Assembly (NCBI GenBank): GCA_015711755.1
Contig: JACVIY010000001.1
Location: 1-50,882 of the forward strand
DNA length: 50,882 bases
Reading direction: 5' to 3'
From: Candidatus Geothermincola secundus
Lineage (GTDB): Bacteria > Actinomycetota > Geothermincolia > Geothermincolales > Geothermincolaceae
Under the pieces are notes generated by a model that did not search any database, was not told where the DNA came from, and worked only from the letters and a program-made list of their open reading frames with translations. Each line of letters starts with the position of its first letter. The stretch's first letter is position 1. A program made the translations under genes and the position numbers. Shown here one piece after another: positions 15,789 to 23,682 of the stretch.

Positions 15789-16460
15789 GTGAGCGATTCT
15801 CGTGAGCGGGAACTGCGGGAGGAGATATGCGCGGTAGGAAGGCGCTTGTGGGAAAGGGGCTTGGCCTCCGCCAATTCCGGGAACATCTCCGCGCGCTTGA
15901 GCCCGGATGAGGTGCTCATAACCCCCACCCTGGTCAGCAAGGGCTTCATGCACCCCCGCCAGATCCTGGCGGTGGACCTGGAGGGAAAAGTACTGCGAGG
16001 GGAGGGGCAACCCACCACCGAAACGCCCATGCATCTGGGCATATACAGGGAATCGGCAGAGGTCGGAGCCGTGGTGCACGCCCATCCCCCCACCGCCACC
16101 GCCTTCGCCGTGGCCGGCAGGCCGCTGGAACTCCACCTGGTGCCGGAGGCCGTGCTCTTCCTGGGAGAGGTTCCCCTGGTCCCCTTCCAGTTCCCCGGCT
16201 CCCCCCAGCTGGCGGAGTCGGTGCTGCCTTACCTGCGGGATCACGACGCGGTCCTTCTGGAGAACCACGGGGCGCTGGCCTGGGGCGGCGACCTCACTCA
16301 GGCCTGGCACCGTATGGAGACCCTGGAGTTCTGCGCCGAGGTGACCATGGTCGCCACCGTCCTGGGGGGCGCCAGGGAGCTGCCTCCCGATGCCCTCCAG
16401 GGGCTGCTGGCGCTGCGCCGCATGATGAAGAGCGGCCGCTCCGGCGATAATGTAAAATGA
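15789..16460 (+). CDS. Class II aldolase/adducin family protein.
   Basis: This is a 223-aa ORF. It shows SGNISARL, ..PTETPMHLGIY.. and AVVHAHPPTATAFA. The start is GTG after GGAGGAAGGGGG, and a TATAAT at 15751-15756 lies upstream. Confidence 0.8.
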   Translation: MSDSRERELREEICAVGRRLWERGLASANSGNISARLSPDEVLITPTLVSKGFMHPRQILAVDLEGKVLRGEGQPTTETPMHLGIYRESAEVGAVVHAHPPTATAFAVAGRPLELHLVPEAVLFLGEVPLVPFQFPGSPQLAESVLPYLRDHDAVLLENHGALAWGGDLTQAWHRMETLEFCAEVTMVATVLGGARELPPDALQGLLALRRMMKSGRSGDNVK

Positions 16461-17182
16461 TCCGGATGGACGAGCGGGACAAGAGGGAGGACGGGGAGCT
16501 CATAGAGGCCTTCCTGAAGGGCGACCAAGGGGCTTTCGAGGAGCTGGTCTGCCGCTACGAGTCCCAGGTCTACAACCTCTCTTACCGCTTGCTGGGCGAC
16601 CCCAATGATGCCTATGACGCATGTCAGGAAGTGTTCATCCTGCTCTTCCGCAAGCTGAACACCTTCCGCTCCGAGGCCCGCTTCTCTACCTGGCTCTATC
16701 GGGTGACCACCAACGCATGCCGCGACCTCCGGCGCAGGAAGCGGCATGCCCTGTCGCTTTCGGGCAGAGGAGAGGACGACCAGCTCGATTGGGAGGAGGT
16801 CCTGCCGGCCGAGCAGGCGTCACCCGACGACCTGCTGGTGAGCCTGGAGCAGAGAGAGAGGGTGCAATGGGGCATCCGGCGGCTTCCCGAGAGGTTCCGC
16901 GAGATCGTGGTTCTCCACGACATCGAGGGGTACAACTACGCGGAGGTCTCGGAGATACTGGGCATATCCCTGGGCACGGTGAAGTCGCGGCTGAACCGGG
17001 CCCGCAGGAGGCTGGCCGCCGAGCTGGCCGCCCTGAGGGAGCCGGAAGAGGCGCGAGCCGCGAAGGGAACGGAGGAGGGCGGCGGTCCATCTAATCCCTT
17101 GGATGGAGGGGAGCCGCCGCACCGACGGGCTTCCCTAAACGCCGTCGCGGAGAAGGAACCGGAAGAGAGGGAAGAGGCTTGA
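16457..17182 (+). CDS. ECF-type RNA polymerase sigma-70 factor.
   Basis: This is a 241-aa ORF. Region 2 reads FEELVCRYESQVYNLSYRLLGDPNDAYDACQEVFILLFRKLNTFRSEARFSTWLYRVTTNACRDLRRR, and region 4 reads VLHDIEGYNYAEVSEILGISLGTVKSRLNRARRRL. An ATGA overlap links it to the upstream aldolase stop. Confidence 0.9.
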   Translation: MIRMDERDKREDGELIEAFLKGDQGAFEELVCRYESQVYNLSYRLLGDPNDAYDACQEVFILLFRKLNTFRSEARFSTWLYRVTTNACRDLRRRKRHALSLSGRGEDDQLDWEEVLPAEQASPDDLLVSLEQRERVQWGIRRLPERFREIVVLHDIEGYNYAEVSEILGISLGTVKSRLNRARRRLAAELAALREPEEARAAKGTEEGGGPSNPLDGGEPPHRRASLNAVAEKEPEEREEA

Positions 17183-18453
17183 ACCATCCGCGCATCAAGC
17201 GGGATCTTTCCGCTTTCCTGGACGGGGAGCTCGGGGAGCGGCGCAGCCGTGAGATCTCGCTGCACCTCGAACGCTGCGCGGGGTGCAGGGAGGCGGTGGA
17301 GGAATTACGCCTCTTGCGGGAGGCCGTGTCCTCCCTTCCCCGCAGGGGCCTGAGCGAGGAGGGGCACCGCCGCCTGATGTCCGGCCTGTCCGAAGCGGCG
17401 AGGGAAAGGGAAGATGAGGAGCGCGTGAAGAGGGCGGCCGTCATCCCCAGGATGGCCACCGCCGCGGCGGTGCTGCTGGCCCTGCTGGTCGTGACCATAG
17501 CGGTCATGACCACCCCTGTCGGGAGGCAATCGGTCAGACAGGAGGGAGAACGAGGAGAGGAGGCCTCCCCTTCGGTCTCGGGGGCTGAAAGCGCTGAACG
17601 CAACGCGGCGGGTGGAGTCGATAAAGCTGGGCGGGAGGATGGCGGGGCTCCTGCCGCAGCGGTCTCCCAATACTCGGGGGAGCTGCTGACGGCGATCCCC
17701 GTGCCCCACTTTGAGCATGCAGGAAGGGATTACACGGAAGAGCAGGCGAACGAGTACTCGGCCGACCTCGGGACGCGGCTAGATTTCTACTCCGGCTTTT
17801 GGCATCCCTCCCCTCCATCCGATGAGCTGGTGGCGGAGGCGAGGCGGCGCTGCAGGGAGAGCCTTGAGGATCAGGCCCTGAGGAGCGGCCGGGACGCAAA
17901 GGGGCTTTTGAGGGCGCTGGATTCCATCGAAACAGCCATGGGCCCCAAGGCCTCGGAGGCGCTTCCCTGCTTCGTGGAGGAGGCGACTTACCGCGGGAAG
18001 AGGGTTTTCATCATCTCCTGCAGCAGGCCCGACGATTCCCTGCTCTTCACCGACAGCGACCTGGTCTCGCTGGTCAACCTCATCAGGCAGTCCACGCCTG
18101 ACGGGCTTATGCGCAGCAGCGATGCCCAGCTGGAGATAGCCGCTTCGCTGATGCCCTCTCCCCGTTTCAACGCGGCGCTGCCCCTGAGGGAAGCTGAGGC
18201 GCAGGATGTGAGCGCCGAGGCCTGCGCCCTGGGCGATTTCCAAGCGGTCCTGCACGCGCTGGCCTCAGAGAACAATCTGGTCTCTTACCTGAGGGAGGTC
18301 TCTCGGCTGGATTCGGGCCACCTGCTGGCAACGCTGTTCCGGGAGCTGGGCTCCCCCCTTCAGATCAGCAGCCGTCTTCTCGAACTGCTCACCATGCGGG
18401 TATGGATGGTGGATGCCGCAAGCGGCGAGGTGCTGTCGCGGCCCTCCCGCTGA
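17179..18453 (+). CDS. Anti-sigma factor (zf-HC2 N-terminus, one TM helix, ~300-aa extracytoplasmic domain of unknown type).
   Basis: FLDGELGERRSREISLHLERCAGCREAVEEL is the H-x3-C-x2-C anti-sigma motif. The TM segment is AAVIPRMATAAAVLLALLVVTIAVMTT. The TTG start overlaps the sigma stop (TTGA). Confidence 0.8.
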   Translation: MNHPRIKRDLSAFLDGELGERRSREISLHLERCAGCREAVEELRLLREAVSSLPRRGLSEEGHRRLMSGLSEAAREREDEERVKRAAVIPRMATAAAVLLALLVVTIAVMTTPVGRQSVRQEGERGEEASPSVSGAESAERNAAGGVDKAGREDGGAPAAAVSQYSGELLTAIPVPHFEHAGRDYTEEQANEYSADLGTRLDFYSGFWHPSPPSDELVAEARRRCRESLEDQALRSGRDAKGLLRALDSIETAMGPKASEALPCFVEEATYRGKRVFIISCSRPDDSLLFTDSDLVSLVNLIRQSTPDGLMRSSDAQLEIAASLMPSPRFNAALPLREAEAQDVSAEACALGDFQAVLHALASENNLVSYLREVSRLDSGHLLATLFRELGSPLQISSRLLELLTMRVWMVDAASGEVLSRPSR

Positions 18454-18601
18454 AAGCCCCGCTATCCCTGCCGCGCCTGAAAAGGGGATCGACTGACAAG
18501 CTGCGAGCCGTCGATGCAATCTGCGCCGCGGCCGACGGCGGGGACAGATGTCTTGATCCGGGCCCGCGCTCGGCGCTCTGGCGCCCGTCCCGCATGGTTG
18601 A

Positions 18602-18634
18602 TCAAAAGAAAGGGCCCCGCGAGAAGCGGGGCCT
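18602..18634 (-). terminator. Intrinsic terminator for the minus-strand CoA-transferase operon.
   Basis: The minus strand reads GGCCCCGC-TTCTC-GCGGGGCC followed by CTTTCTTTTGAT. That is an 8-9 bp GC stem, a 5-nt loop and a T-rich tail, about 20 nt downstream of the stop at 18653. Confidence 0.6.
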
Positions 18635-18652
18635 TGACGGCTCGAGCCCGGC

Positions 18653-19426
18653 TCAGAAACAGAACAGCTGGCAGGGATCGACCTCGTTTCGCAGGATGTA
18701 CAGCTCTTCCTCCGTGGGCTTCTCCGTCTCGTGCACGTCGTCGTCCACCAACAGCTCGAATCCGGTGAACTCCTGGATGACCTCCACGGTCACCCCCGGG
18801 TGATAGGAGAGCAGCTTCATGCGGCAGGTCTCCTCGTCGAAGCCCATAACCCCCAGGTGGGAGAGCACTCGCCAGGGGCCGCCCCCCACCAACCCGGCCC
18901 TCTCCCTGGCTCCGGGGCCGTCCAGGAAGCCGGGGGTGGTGATGTAGTCCACCCTTTCCGGGAAGCGCTGCGGCAGGTGCAGCCCCATGAAGATGACCCT
19001 CTGGCACAGGGAGGCGATGTCGTTGGCCCCCCCCGAACCGGTCAGGCGCACCGTGGGCTTGTCGTAGGGGCCTATGCAAGTGGCGTTGATGTTGCCGTAC
19101 ATGTCTATCTGCGCCCCGCCCAGGAACCCCACGTCGGCGTAGCCGGCGCGGGAATGGCCGAACACCGAGGACATGGAGAGGATCACCGGGGCCTTGTAGA
19201 GGGTCCAGGGGTCCGCCACCGACCAGGGCAGCTGACGGGGCTGGGGGTCCACGGCGCCGCACTCGTAGATGGCCATCATGTTGGGGGCGTGCAGCTTCTT
19301 GGCCAGCATCGCGCCCACCAGGGGCAGCCCCGTGCCCACGAAGACGCTCTCGCCGTCCTTGAGCAGACGGGCGGCCACGCAGGCCAGCAACTCGCGCGGG
19401 GTGTACTGTATGTCGCTCATCTTCAT
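18653..19426 (-). CDS. CoA-transferase subunit B (glutaconate/3-oxoacid CoA-transferase beta type).
   Basis: This is a 257-aa ORF: ...ACVAARLLKDGESVFVGTGLPLVGAMLAKKLHAPNMMAIYECG...LTGSGGANDIA. It lies adjacent to the subunit A gene. Confidence 0.8.
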   Translation of the reverse strand: MKMSDIQYTPRELLACVAARLLKDGESVFVGTGLPLVGAMLAKKLHAPNMMAIYECGAVDPQPRQLPWSVADPWTLYKAPVILSMSSVFGHSRAGYADVGFLGGAQIDMYGNINATCIGPYDKPTVRLTGSGGANDIASLCQRVIFMGLHLPQRFPERVDYITTPGFLDGPGARERAGLVGGGPWRVLSHLGVMGFDEETCRMKLLSYHPGVTVEVIQEFTGFELLVDDDVHETEKPTEEELYILRNEVDPCQLFCF

Positions 19427-19432
19427 CCCCCC

Positions 19433-20500
19433 CTATATGGCCCTCTTGGCCACTTCCTCATAGCGCCAGTCGCGCTCGCCGCCGATGCCCCAGGAGCCGA
19501 TGTTGTAAAAGGCGGCGTCGCAGGCCAGCTGCTCCAGGCGCTTCACGTAATCGAGGACGTTGAGGCCCTCCTCCTCCGCCGCCAGCTGTATCATCTCATA
19601 GACGTCCTTGGTGCCGTAGATGTACCTGTCTATCCAGTTCCTGGTGGCTTCGGGCGTCTTCCACTCTATGCGCACCACCCTTTCCTGCAGGCGCCGGTCG
19701 AAGTAGTACATGCCGGGCATGTCCCCCGGCCACGCCCCGAAGGGGACCTCGCAGACCGCGTCCACGCAGTAATGGGGGATGATCACCTGATAGGGGTTGG
19801 AGCGGATGTCCAGCGTGTCCACTATGCGCTCACAGGTGACCACCACCTTGCGGGCGGCCACGGCTATGGCGGTGTCGTTGACCGAGGCTCCCCATATGCG
19901 GGAGTTGCCGTATTTGTCCGCGTGGTGCACGTGGAATATGGCCACGTCGGGGTAGATGGCCGGCACCAGGCAGACCGGCTCGCCCGTCCAGGGGTCGCTC
20001 TCCACCTTGATGTAGGGATTGGTCTTGATTATGTCCGTGCCCAGCATGCTCTTGCAGGCGACGTAGTTGAGCCCCTGCTCCGCCGCCCGCAGGGCCAGGG
20101 CCAGCCCGCCGTGGCTCCATTCCGAATAGACCTTGAGGGTGCCCGCCTCCACCCCTCGGCGGAAGGTGGAGATGAGGCCGCGCATCTCCACGCCCACGTA
20201 GGCCACATGCGCCCCCTCCATGCCTCCGTACTCGTGCCAGACGTTGTTCAGCCCGCCCGGGGTGAAGATGCCCACCAGGTCCTTCTTCTTCTGGCGGCCG
20301 ATCTCCCAGTAGGCGCCCAGGGGGCCGCGCACGTAGGCGAAACCGGTCTCGATGATGGAGTCGCCGTCCTCCACGAACTGGGCGATGGCGTCCTTCAGCG
20401 GCATGCGCTTGTCCTTCTCCGCCCGGGATTTCTTGAGTTTCCATTCCCGCGCGTACTGGTGGTCAAAGAGTCGTTCGTTGGCATGGGGCATGCTCAACAC
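19433..20500 (-). CDS. CoA-transferase subunit A.
   Basis: This is a 355-aa ORF: ...MPLKDAIAQFVEDGDSIIETGFAYVRGPLGAYWEIGRQ...EWSHGGLALALRAAEQGL... The RBS GGGAGGTG lies upstream. Confidence 0.8.
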   Translation of the reverse strand: MLSMPHANERLFDHQYAREWKLKKSRAEKDKRMPLKDAIAQFVEDGDSIIETGFAYVRGPLGAYWEIGRQKKKDLVGIFTPGGLNNVWHEYGGMEGAHVAYVGVEMRGLISTFRRGVEAGTLKVYSEWSHGGLALALRAAEQGLNYVACKSMLGTDIIKTNPYIKVESDPWTGEPVCLVPAIYPDVAIFHVHHADKYGNSRIWGASVNDTAIAVAARKVVVTCERIVDTLDIRSNPYQVIIPHYCVDAVCEVPFGAWPGDMPGMYYFDRRLQERVVRIEWKTPEATRNWIDRYIYGTKDVYEMIQLAAEEEGLNVLDYVKRLEQLACDAAFYNIGSWGIGGERDWRYEEVAKRAI

Positions 20501-20558
20501 CTCCCGTTCTCATAGCGCGTCCCCTCCTTCACCGACGACTTTTCCCGAAGGAATCGAA

Positions 20559-20589
20559 GGCCCCGGCGGTGATGCGCATCGCCGGGGCC
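20559..20589. promoter_or_regulatory. Near-perfect 31-nt palindrome GGCCCCGGCG-GTG-ATGCGCAT-CGCCGGGGCC in the 5' leader region of the CoA-transferase operon.
   Basis: The 10-bp arms at 20559-20568 and 20580-20589 are exact complements. The inner ATGCGCAT is itself palindromic. The element lies 59-89 nt upstream of the ATG at 20500 (minus strand). Confidence 0.5.
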
Positions 20590-20774
20590 GAGCTGTCTTT
20601 CGCGATATCGATGTCGGACCGGCCTTTTTCGTGCCGGCCGGGCCTTTCACTTCGCGGCTCTTGGGCTGCGTATGCTGTTTCGAATGACGCCGCTCCATGC
20701 GATCTTCCATCCGTTCCGTCGCGCGTGACTCGTTCCGCGTGAAAATATGATATAGGCGGCTCCCGCGAAAGTCC

Positions 20775-20813
20775 ACCTTCAAAAGGGACCGGGCCCAGAC
20801 CTTCAATTTTTTT
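20775..20813 (+). repeat. Diverged copy d of the 39-nt intergenic motif: ACCTTCAA-AAGGGACCGGGCCCAGA-CCTTCAA-TTTTTTT.
   Basis: It shares both CCTTCAA half-sites, the GGnCC/GGCCC palindromic core and the T-run with the copies at 455-493 and 50677-50713. Confidence 0.6.
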
Positions 20814-21022
20814 CGCACCCACGCGGATATGCGCCGGGGGAAGTGCCGCGAGGCGCTGAGCGGGGATGACGCTTATCAAACGACCGCCGCATTTGAAGAT
20901 CCGTTAAATCGGCGTCCGACACCGGGAGTCAGGGCAGTCGCCGAGTGATGATGATGACGCTCATGCCCATGGGGGCGCCTTTTGTTATGATGAATGGGTG
21001 CCGCCGGATGGAAGGAGTCGCC

Positions 21023-21364
21023 GTGCATGAACTGTCGGTCACCGAGAACATCATCGACATCTGCCTGCGCCACGCCCGGAACCACGGGGCGCGGCGGATA
21101 GTACGGATAAACCTGGTGCTGGGGGAGCTGACCGGCATCGTGGACCAGTGCATCACCTTCTATTGGGATATGCTGGCCAAGGACACCATCGCCGCCCAGG
21201 CGGAGCTGGTCTTCCGCAAGGTGCCGGTGGTCGCAAGGTGCAGGGAATGCGGTGAGGAATATCGCCCCGAGAACCTGGAGCTGCGCTGCCCGAGATGCGG
21301 GGGCGAGCAGGCGGAGCTGGTGTCCGGCCGAGAGTTCAGGGTCGAATCCATAGAGGTGGATTAG
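21023..21364 (+). CDS. hypA: Hydrogenase/urease nickel incorporation protein HypA.
   Basis: GTG 21023 gives (M)HELSVTENIIDICL..., the canonical MHE N-terminus. The zinc site is CRECG...CPRCG. The RBS GGAAGGAG lies 5 nt upstream. The listed ORF start 20945 adds an unsupported Met-rich extension. Confidence 0.85.
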   Translation: MHELSVTENIIDICLRHARNHGARRIVRINLVLGELTGIVDQCITFYWDMLAKDTIAAQAELVFRKVPVVARCRECGEEYRPENLELRCPRCGGEQAELVSGREFRVESIEVD

Positions 21365-21378
21365 GGGGGTCGGGCAAC

Positions 21379-22029
21379 ATGGAGATCGAGGTGCTGGAAG
21401 GGGTCTTCGACGCCAACGAGGAGATCGCCCGCAAGAACCGGGAGAGGTTCCTCGAGGCGGGGGTTTTCGTGATGAACCTCATGGCCAGCCCCGGGGCCGG
21501 CAAGACCTCCTTGGTGATGCGCACGGTGGAGGGCCTGCGGGACCGCCTTTCCATAGGGGTCATCGAGGGGGACATCGCCTCGCGGGTGGATGCGGAGAAG
21601 CTGAAGGCCGCGGGCGTCCCCGTGGTGCAGATAAACACCGGAGGCGCCTGCCACCTCGACGCCAACATGGTCTCCATGGCCCTGCCCCATCTGGACCTGT
21701 CCCGACTGGACCTTCTGATAATCGAGAACGTCGGCAACCTGGTCTGCCCCGCCGAGTTCCAGTTGGGGGAGGACCTGAAGGTGATGATGCTCTCGGTGGC
21801 GGAGGGGGACGACAAGCCCCTGAAGTACCCCCTGATGTTCAGCCAGGCCCATGTTCTGGTCATAAACAAGACCGACCTGCTGGGCATGGGGGACTTCGAC
21901 CCTCAGGTGGTCAGAAAGACGGTCACCGGGATGAACCCGGACATCGTCATCTTCGAGCTGAGCTGCCGCACCGGGGACGGATTGGAGGCCTGGACCTCAT
22001 ACCTGCACGACAGGGTCAGGTGCCGCTGA
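21379..22029 (+). CDS. hypB: Hydrogenase nickel incorporation GTPase HypB (no His-rich N-terminal stretch).
   Basis: ATG 21379 gives MEIEVLEGVFDANEEIARKNRERF...LMASPGAGKTSLV (P-loop), followed by ...ENVGNLVCPAEF...VINKTDL. Confidence 0.85.
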   Translation: MEIEVLEGVFDANEEIARKNRERFLEAGVFVMNLMASPGAGKTSLVMRTVEGLRDRLSIGVIEGDIASRVDAEKLKAAGVPVVQINTGGACHLDANMVSMALPHLDLSRLDLLIIENVGNLVCPAEFQLGEDLKVMMLSVAEGDDKPLKYPLMFSQAHVLVINKTDLLGMGDFDPQVVRKTVTGMNPDIVIFELSCRTGDGLEAWTSYLHDRVRCR

Positions 22030-22097
22030 GGGGCCTGCGCCGTTCCGTTTTTTCGGATTTCCCGCACTTGCGGGAACTGGATGGGGAGGAGAGGCAC

Positions 22098-22430
22098 ATG
22101 AGCGGAGGGGAGTTGGGAGGGCTGCTCGGCGGGATCGTCGGCGGCGCGCTGGGCATAGCCGGGGGGGTCATCGGGACCTGGTTCTCGCTGCGCAACACCA
22201 AAACGGTGGAGGAACGACGTTTCATGGTGCGCATGTCCGCTGCCGTCTGGGCCGGCGGTCTGCTGCTTGCGGTGTTCCTGGTGCTGTGGCTGACGGGCGT
22301 CCTACCCCAGGCCGCTTTCCTGGCCGTCTGGATCGCATCGTTGATCGCGCTGGGTCCGGTCATAACCCTGAGCAACAAGAGGCTGGCCCGGCTGCGTGAG
22401 GAGGGGACGCCCCGCGATCCCGCATCCTGA
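22098..22430 (+). CDS. Small integral membrane protein (about 3 TM segments).
   Basis: ATG 22098 follows GGGGAGGAGAGG. The sequence is MSGGELGGLLGGIVGGALGIAGGVIGTWF...AAVWAGGLLLAVFLVLWLTGVL...AVWIASLIALGPVITL. Confidence 0.55.
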   Translation: MSGGELGGLLGGIVGGALGIAGGVIGTWFSLRNTKTVEERRFMVRMSAAVWAGGLLLAVFLVLWLTGVLPQAAFLAVWIASLIALGPVITLSNKRLARLREEGTPRDPAS

Positions 22431-22480
22431 GAGGACGCGAGGGCTCACGAGCGTTCAGGAGGGGGTTTGCCTTCGCACGC

Positions 22481-23680
22481 CTAGCCGCTCTTGCCCGAAC
22501 GCTTCTTCGCGGGCCCCGAGGGCTTTCCCGCGCCGCCCTTGTCCGCGGCGGTTTTCTTCGCGCCCCGCTGCGCGGGCGGCTTCGACGCGGCCTTCTTCCG
22601 ACCCGTCTTCCCGCCGCCGCAGCGCTCCTTCAGCCAGCCGGCCACTTTGGGGGCCAGCTCTTTCTGGGAATGGCCGCTCACGTAGATGCCGATGTGCCCG
22701 CCGGGGAAGGCGTAGAGGGTCTTGTCCTCCGATCCCACCAGGTCGTTCAGGGGGACCGAGGACGCTGGGGGTACCAGATGGTCCTCGGTGGCGTAGATGT
22801 TCAGCAGGGGCATGGTTATGCGCTTGAGGTCGACCTTGCGCCCGCCTATCTCCAGCTCCCCCTTAACCAGCTTGTTCTGCTGGTAGAGGTCCTTCAGGAA
22901 CTTGCGGTAGGTCTCGCCCGCCTGGGCGGGTGAATCGAATATCCAGTGCTCCATGCGCACGAAATTGGCCACGGTGGCCGGGTCGTCCAGGTTGTCCATC
23001 AGCCCCACGTATTTGTCCACCATCAGCTGGAAGGGCTTGAGCATGAGGAAGCCGATGTTCATGAACTCACCGGGGATGATGCCCATCACGTCGACCATGC
23101 GGTCTATGTTCATGTGGCGGCTCCATACGTTGAGCAGGCCGTCGGTGGTGTGGAAGTCGATGGGGGTCACCATGGTTATGAGATTGAGTATCTTCTCGGG
23201 ATAGAGGGCGGCGTAGATGGCGGAGAAGGTCCCTCCCTGGCACACACCCAGCAGGTTGATGCGGTCCTGCCCGGTGGCCGCGCGCACGTGGTCCACCGCG
23301 TCGTTCAGATACACGTCGATATAGTCCTCCAGCGTCAGGTAGCGGTCTCCGTGGTCCGGGTATCCCCAGTCGATGATGAAGATGTCCAGCCCCTGTCCCA
23401 CAAGGTTGCGGATGAGGCTGCGGTCGGACTGCAGGTCCATCATGTACTGGCGGTTGACCAGCGCGTAGCAGATGAGTATGGGGACGGGGCAGGAAAGCGG
23501 GCCCTCTTGCACGTAGCGGTACAGCTTCATCTTGTCCTCTTGGAAGACCAGCTCCTTGGGGGTGGGCTCCAGGTCCACCTGCGGGAGGGTCATCAGCACC
23601 TCCATGCCCTTCACCAGCTTGCGGCTGACCTCCTCCAGCTCCTGAAGAAAGAACTTGGGGTCGAGGAACTCGCGCAGCAT
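22481..23680 (-). CDS. phaC: Class III poly(R)-hydroxyalkanoate synthase subunit PhaC with a ~45-aa basic Lys/Ala/Pro/Gly C-terminal tail.
   Basis: ATG 23680 (MLREFLDPKFF...) lies 2 nt after the phaE stop and follows GGAGGAAGGGAGG. The lipase box is GVCQGG, and the alpha/beta-hydrolase core includes ...FIIDWGYP... The tail is GGGKTGRKKAASKPPAQRGAKKTAADKGGAGKPSGPAKKRSGKSG. The listed 606-aa ORF reads on through phaE in another frame. Confidence 0.85.
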   Translation of the reverse strand: MLREFLDPKFFLQELEEVSRKLVKGMEVLMTLPQVDLEPTPKELVFQEDKMKLYRYVQEGPLSCPVPILICYALVNRQYMMDLQSDRSLIRNLVGQGLDIFIIDWGYPDHGDRYLTLEDYIDVYLNDAVDHVRAATGQDRINLLGVCQGGTFSAIYAALYPEKILNLITMVTPIDFHTTDGLLNVWSRHMNIDRMVDVMGIIPGEFMNIGFLMLKPFQLMVDKYVGLMDNLDDPATVANFVRMEHWIFDSPAQAGETYRKFLKDLYQQNKLVKGELEIGGRKVDLKRITMPLLNIYATEDHLVPPASSVPLNDLVGSEDKTLYAFPGGHIGIYVSGHSQKELAPKVAGWLKERCGGGKTGRKKAASKPPAQRGAKKTAADKGGAGKPSGPAKKRSGKSG

Positions 23681-23682
23681 GT

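Noticed and set aside
18731-20515. A 594-aa plus-strand ORF covers both CoA-transferase genes.
   Set aside because: It is antisense to two well-supported genes. The composition is rich in His/Gly/Val/Pro/Ala and of low complexity, and there are no recognisable domains.
20945-21022. An in-frame extension upstream of hypA (MMMMTLMPMGAPFVMMNGCRRMEGVA) is Met-rich and might be a metal-binding leader.
   Set aside because: The canonical HypA N-terminus MHE is produced by GTG 21023, which has a well-spaced GGAAGGAG RBS lying inside the putative extension. No RBS precedes 20945.
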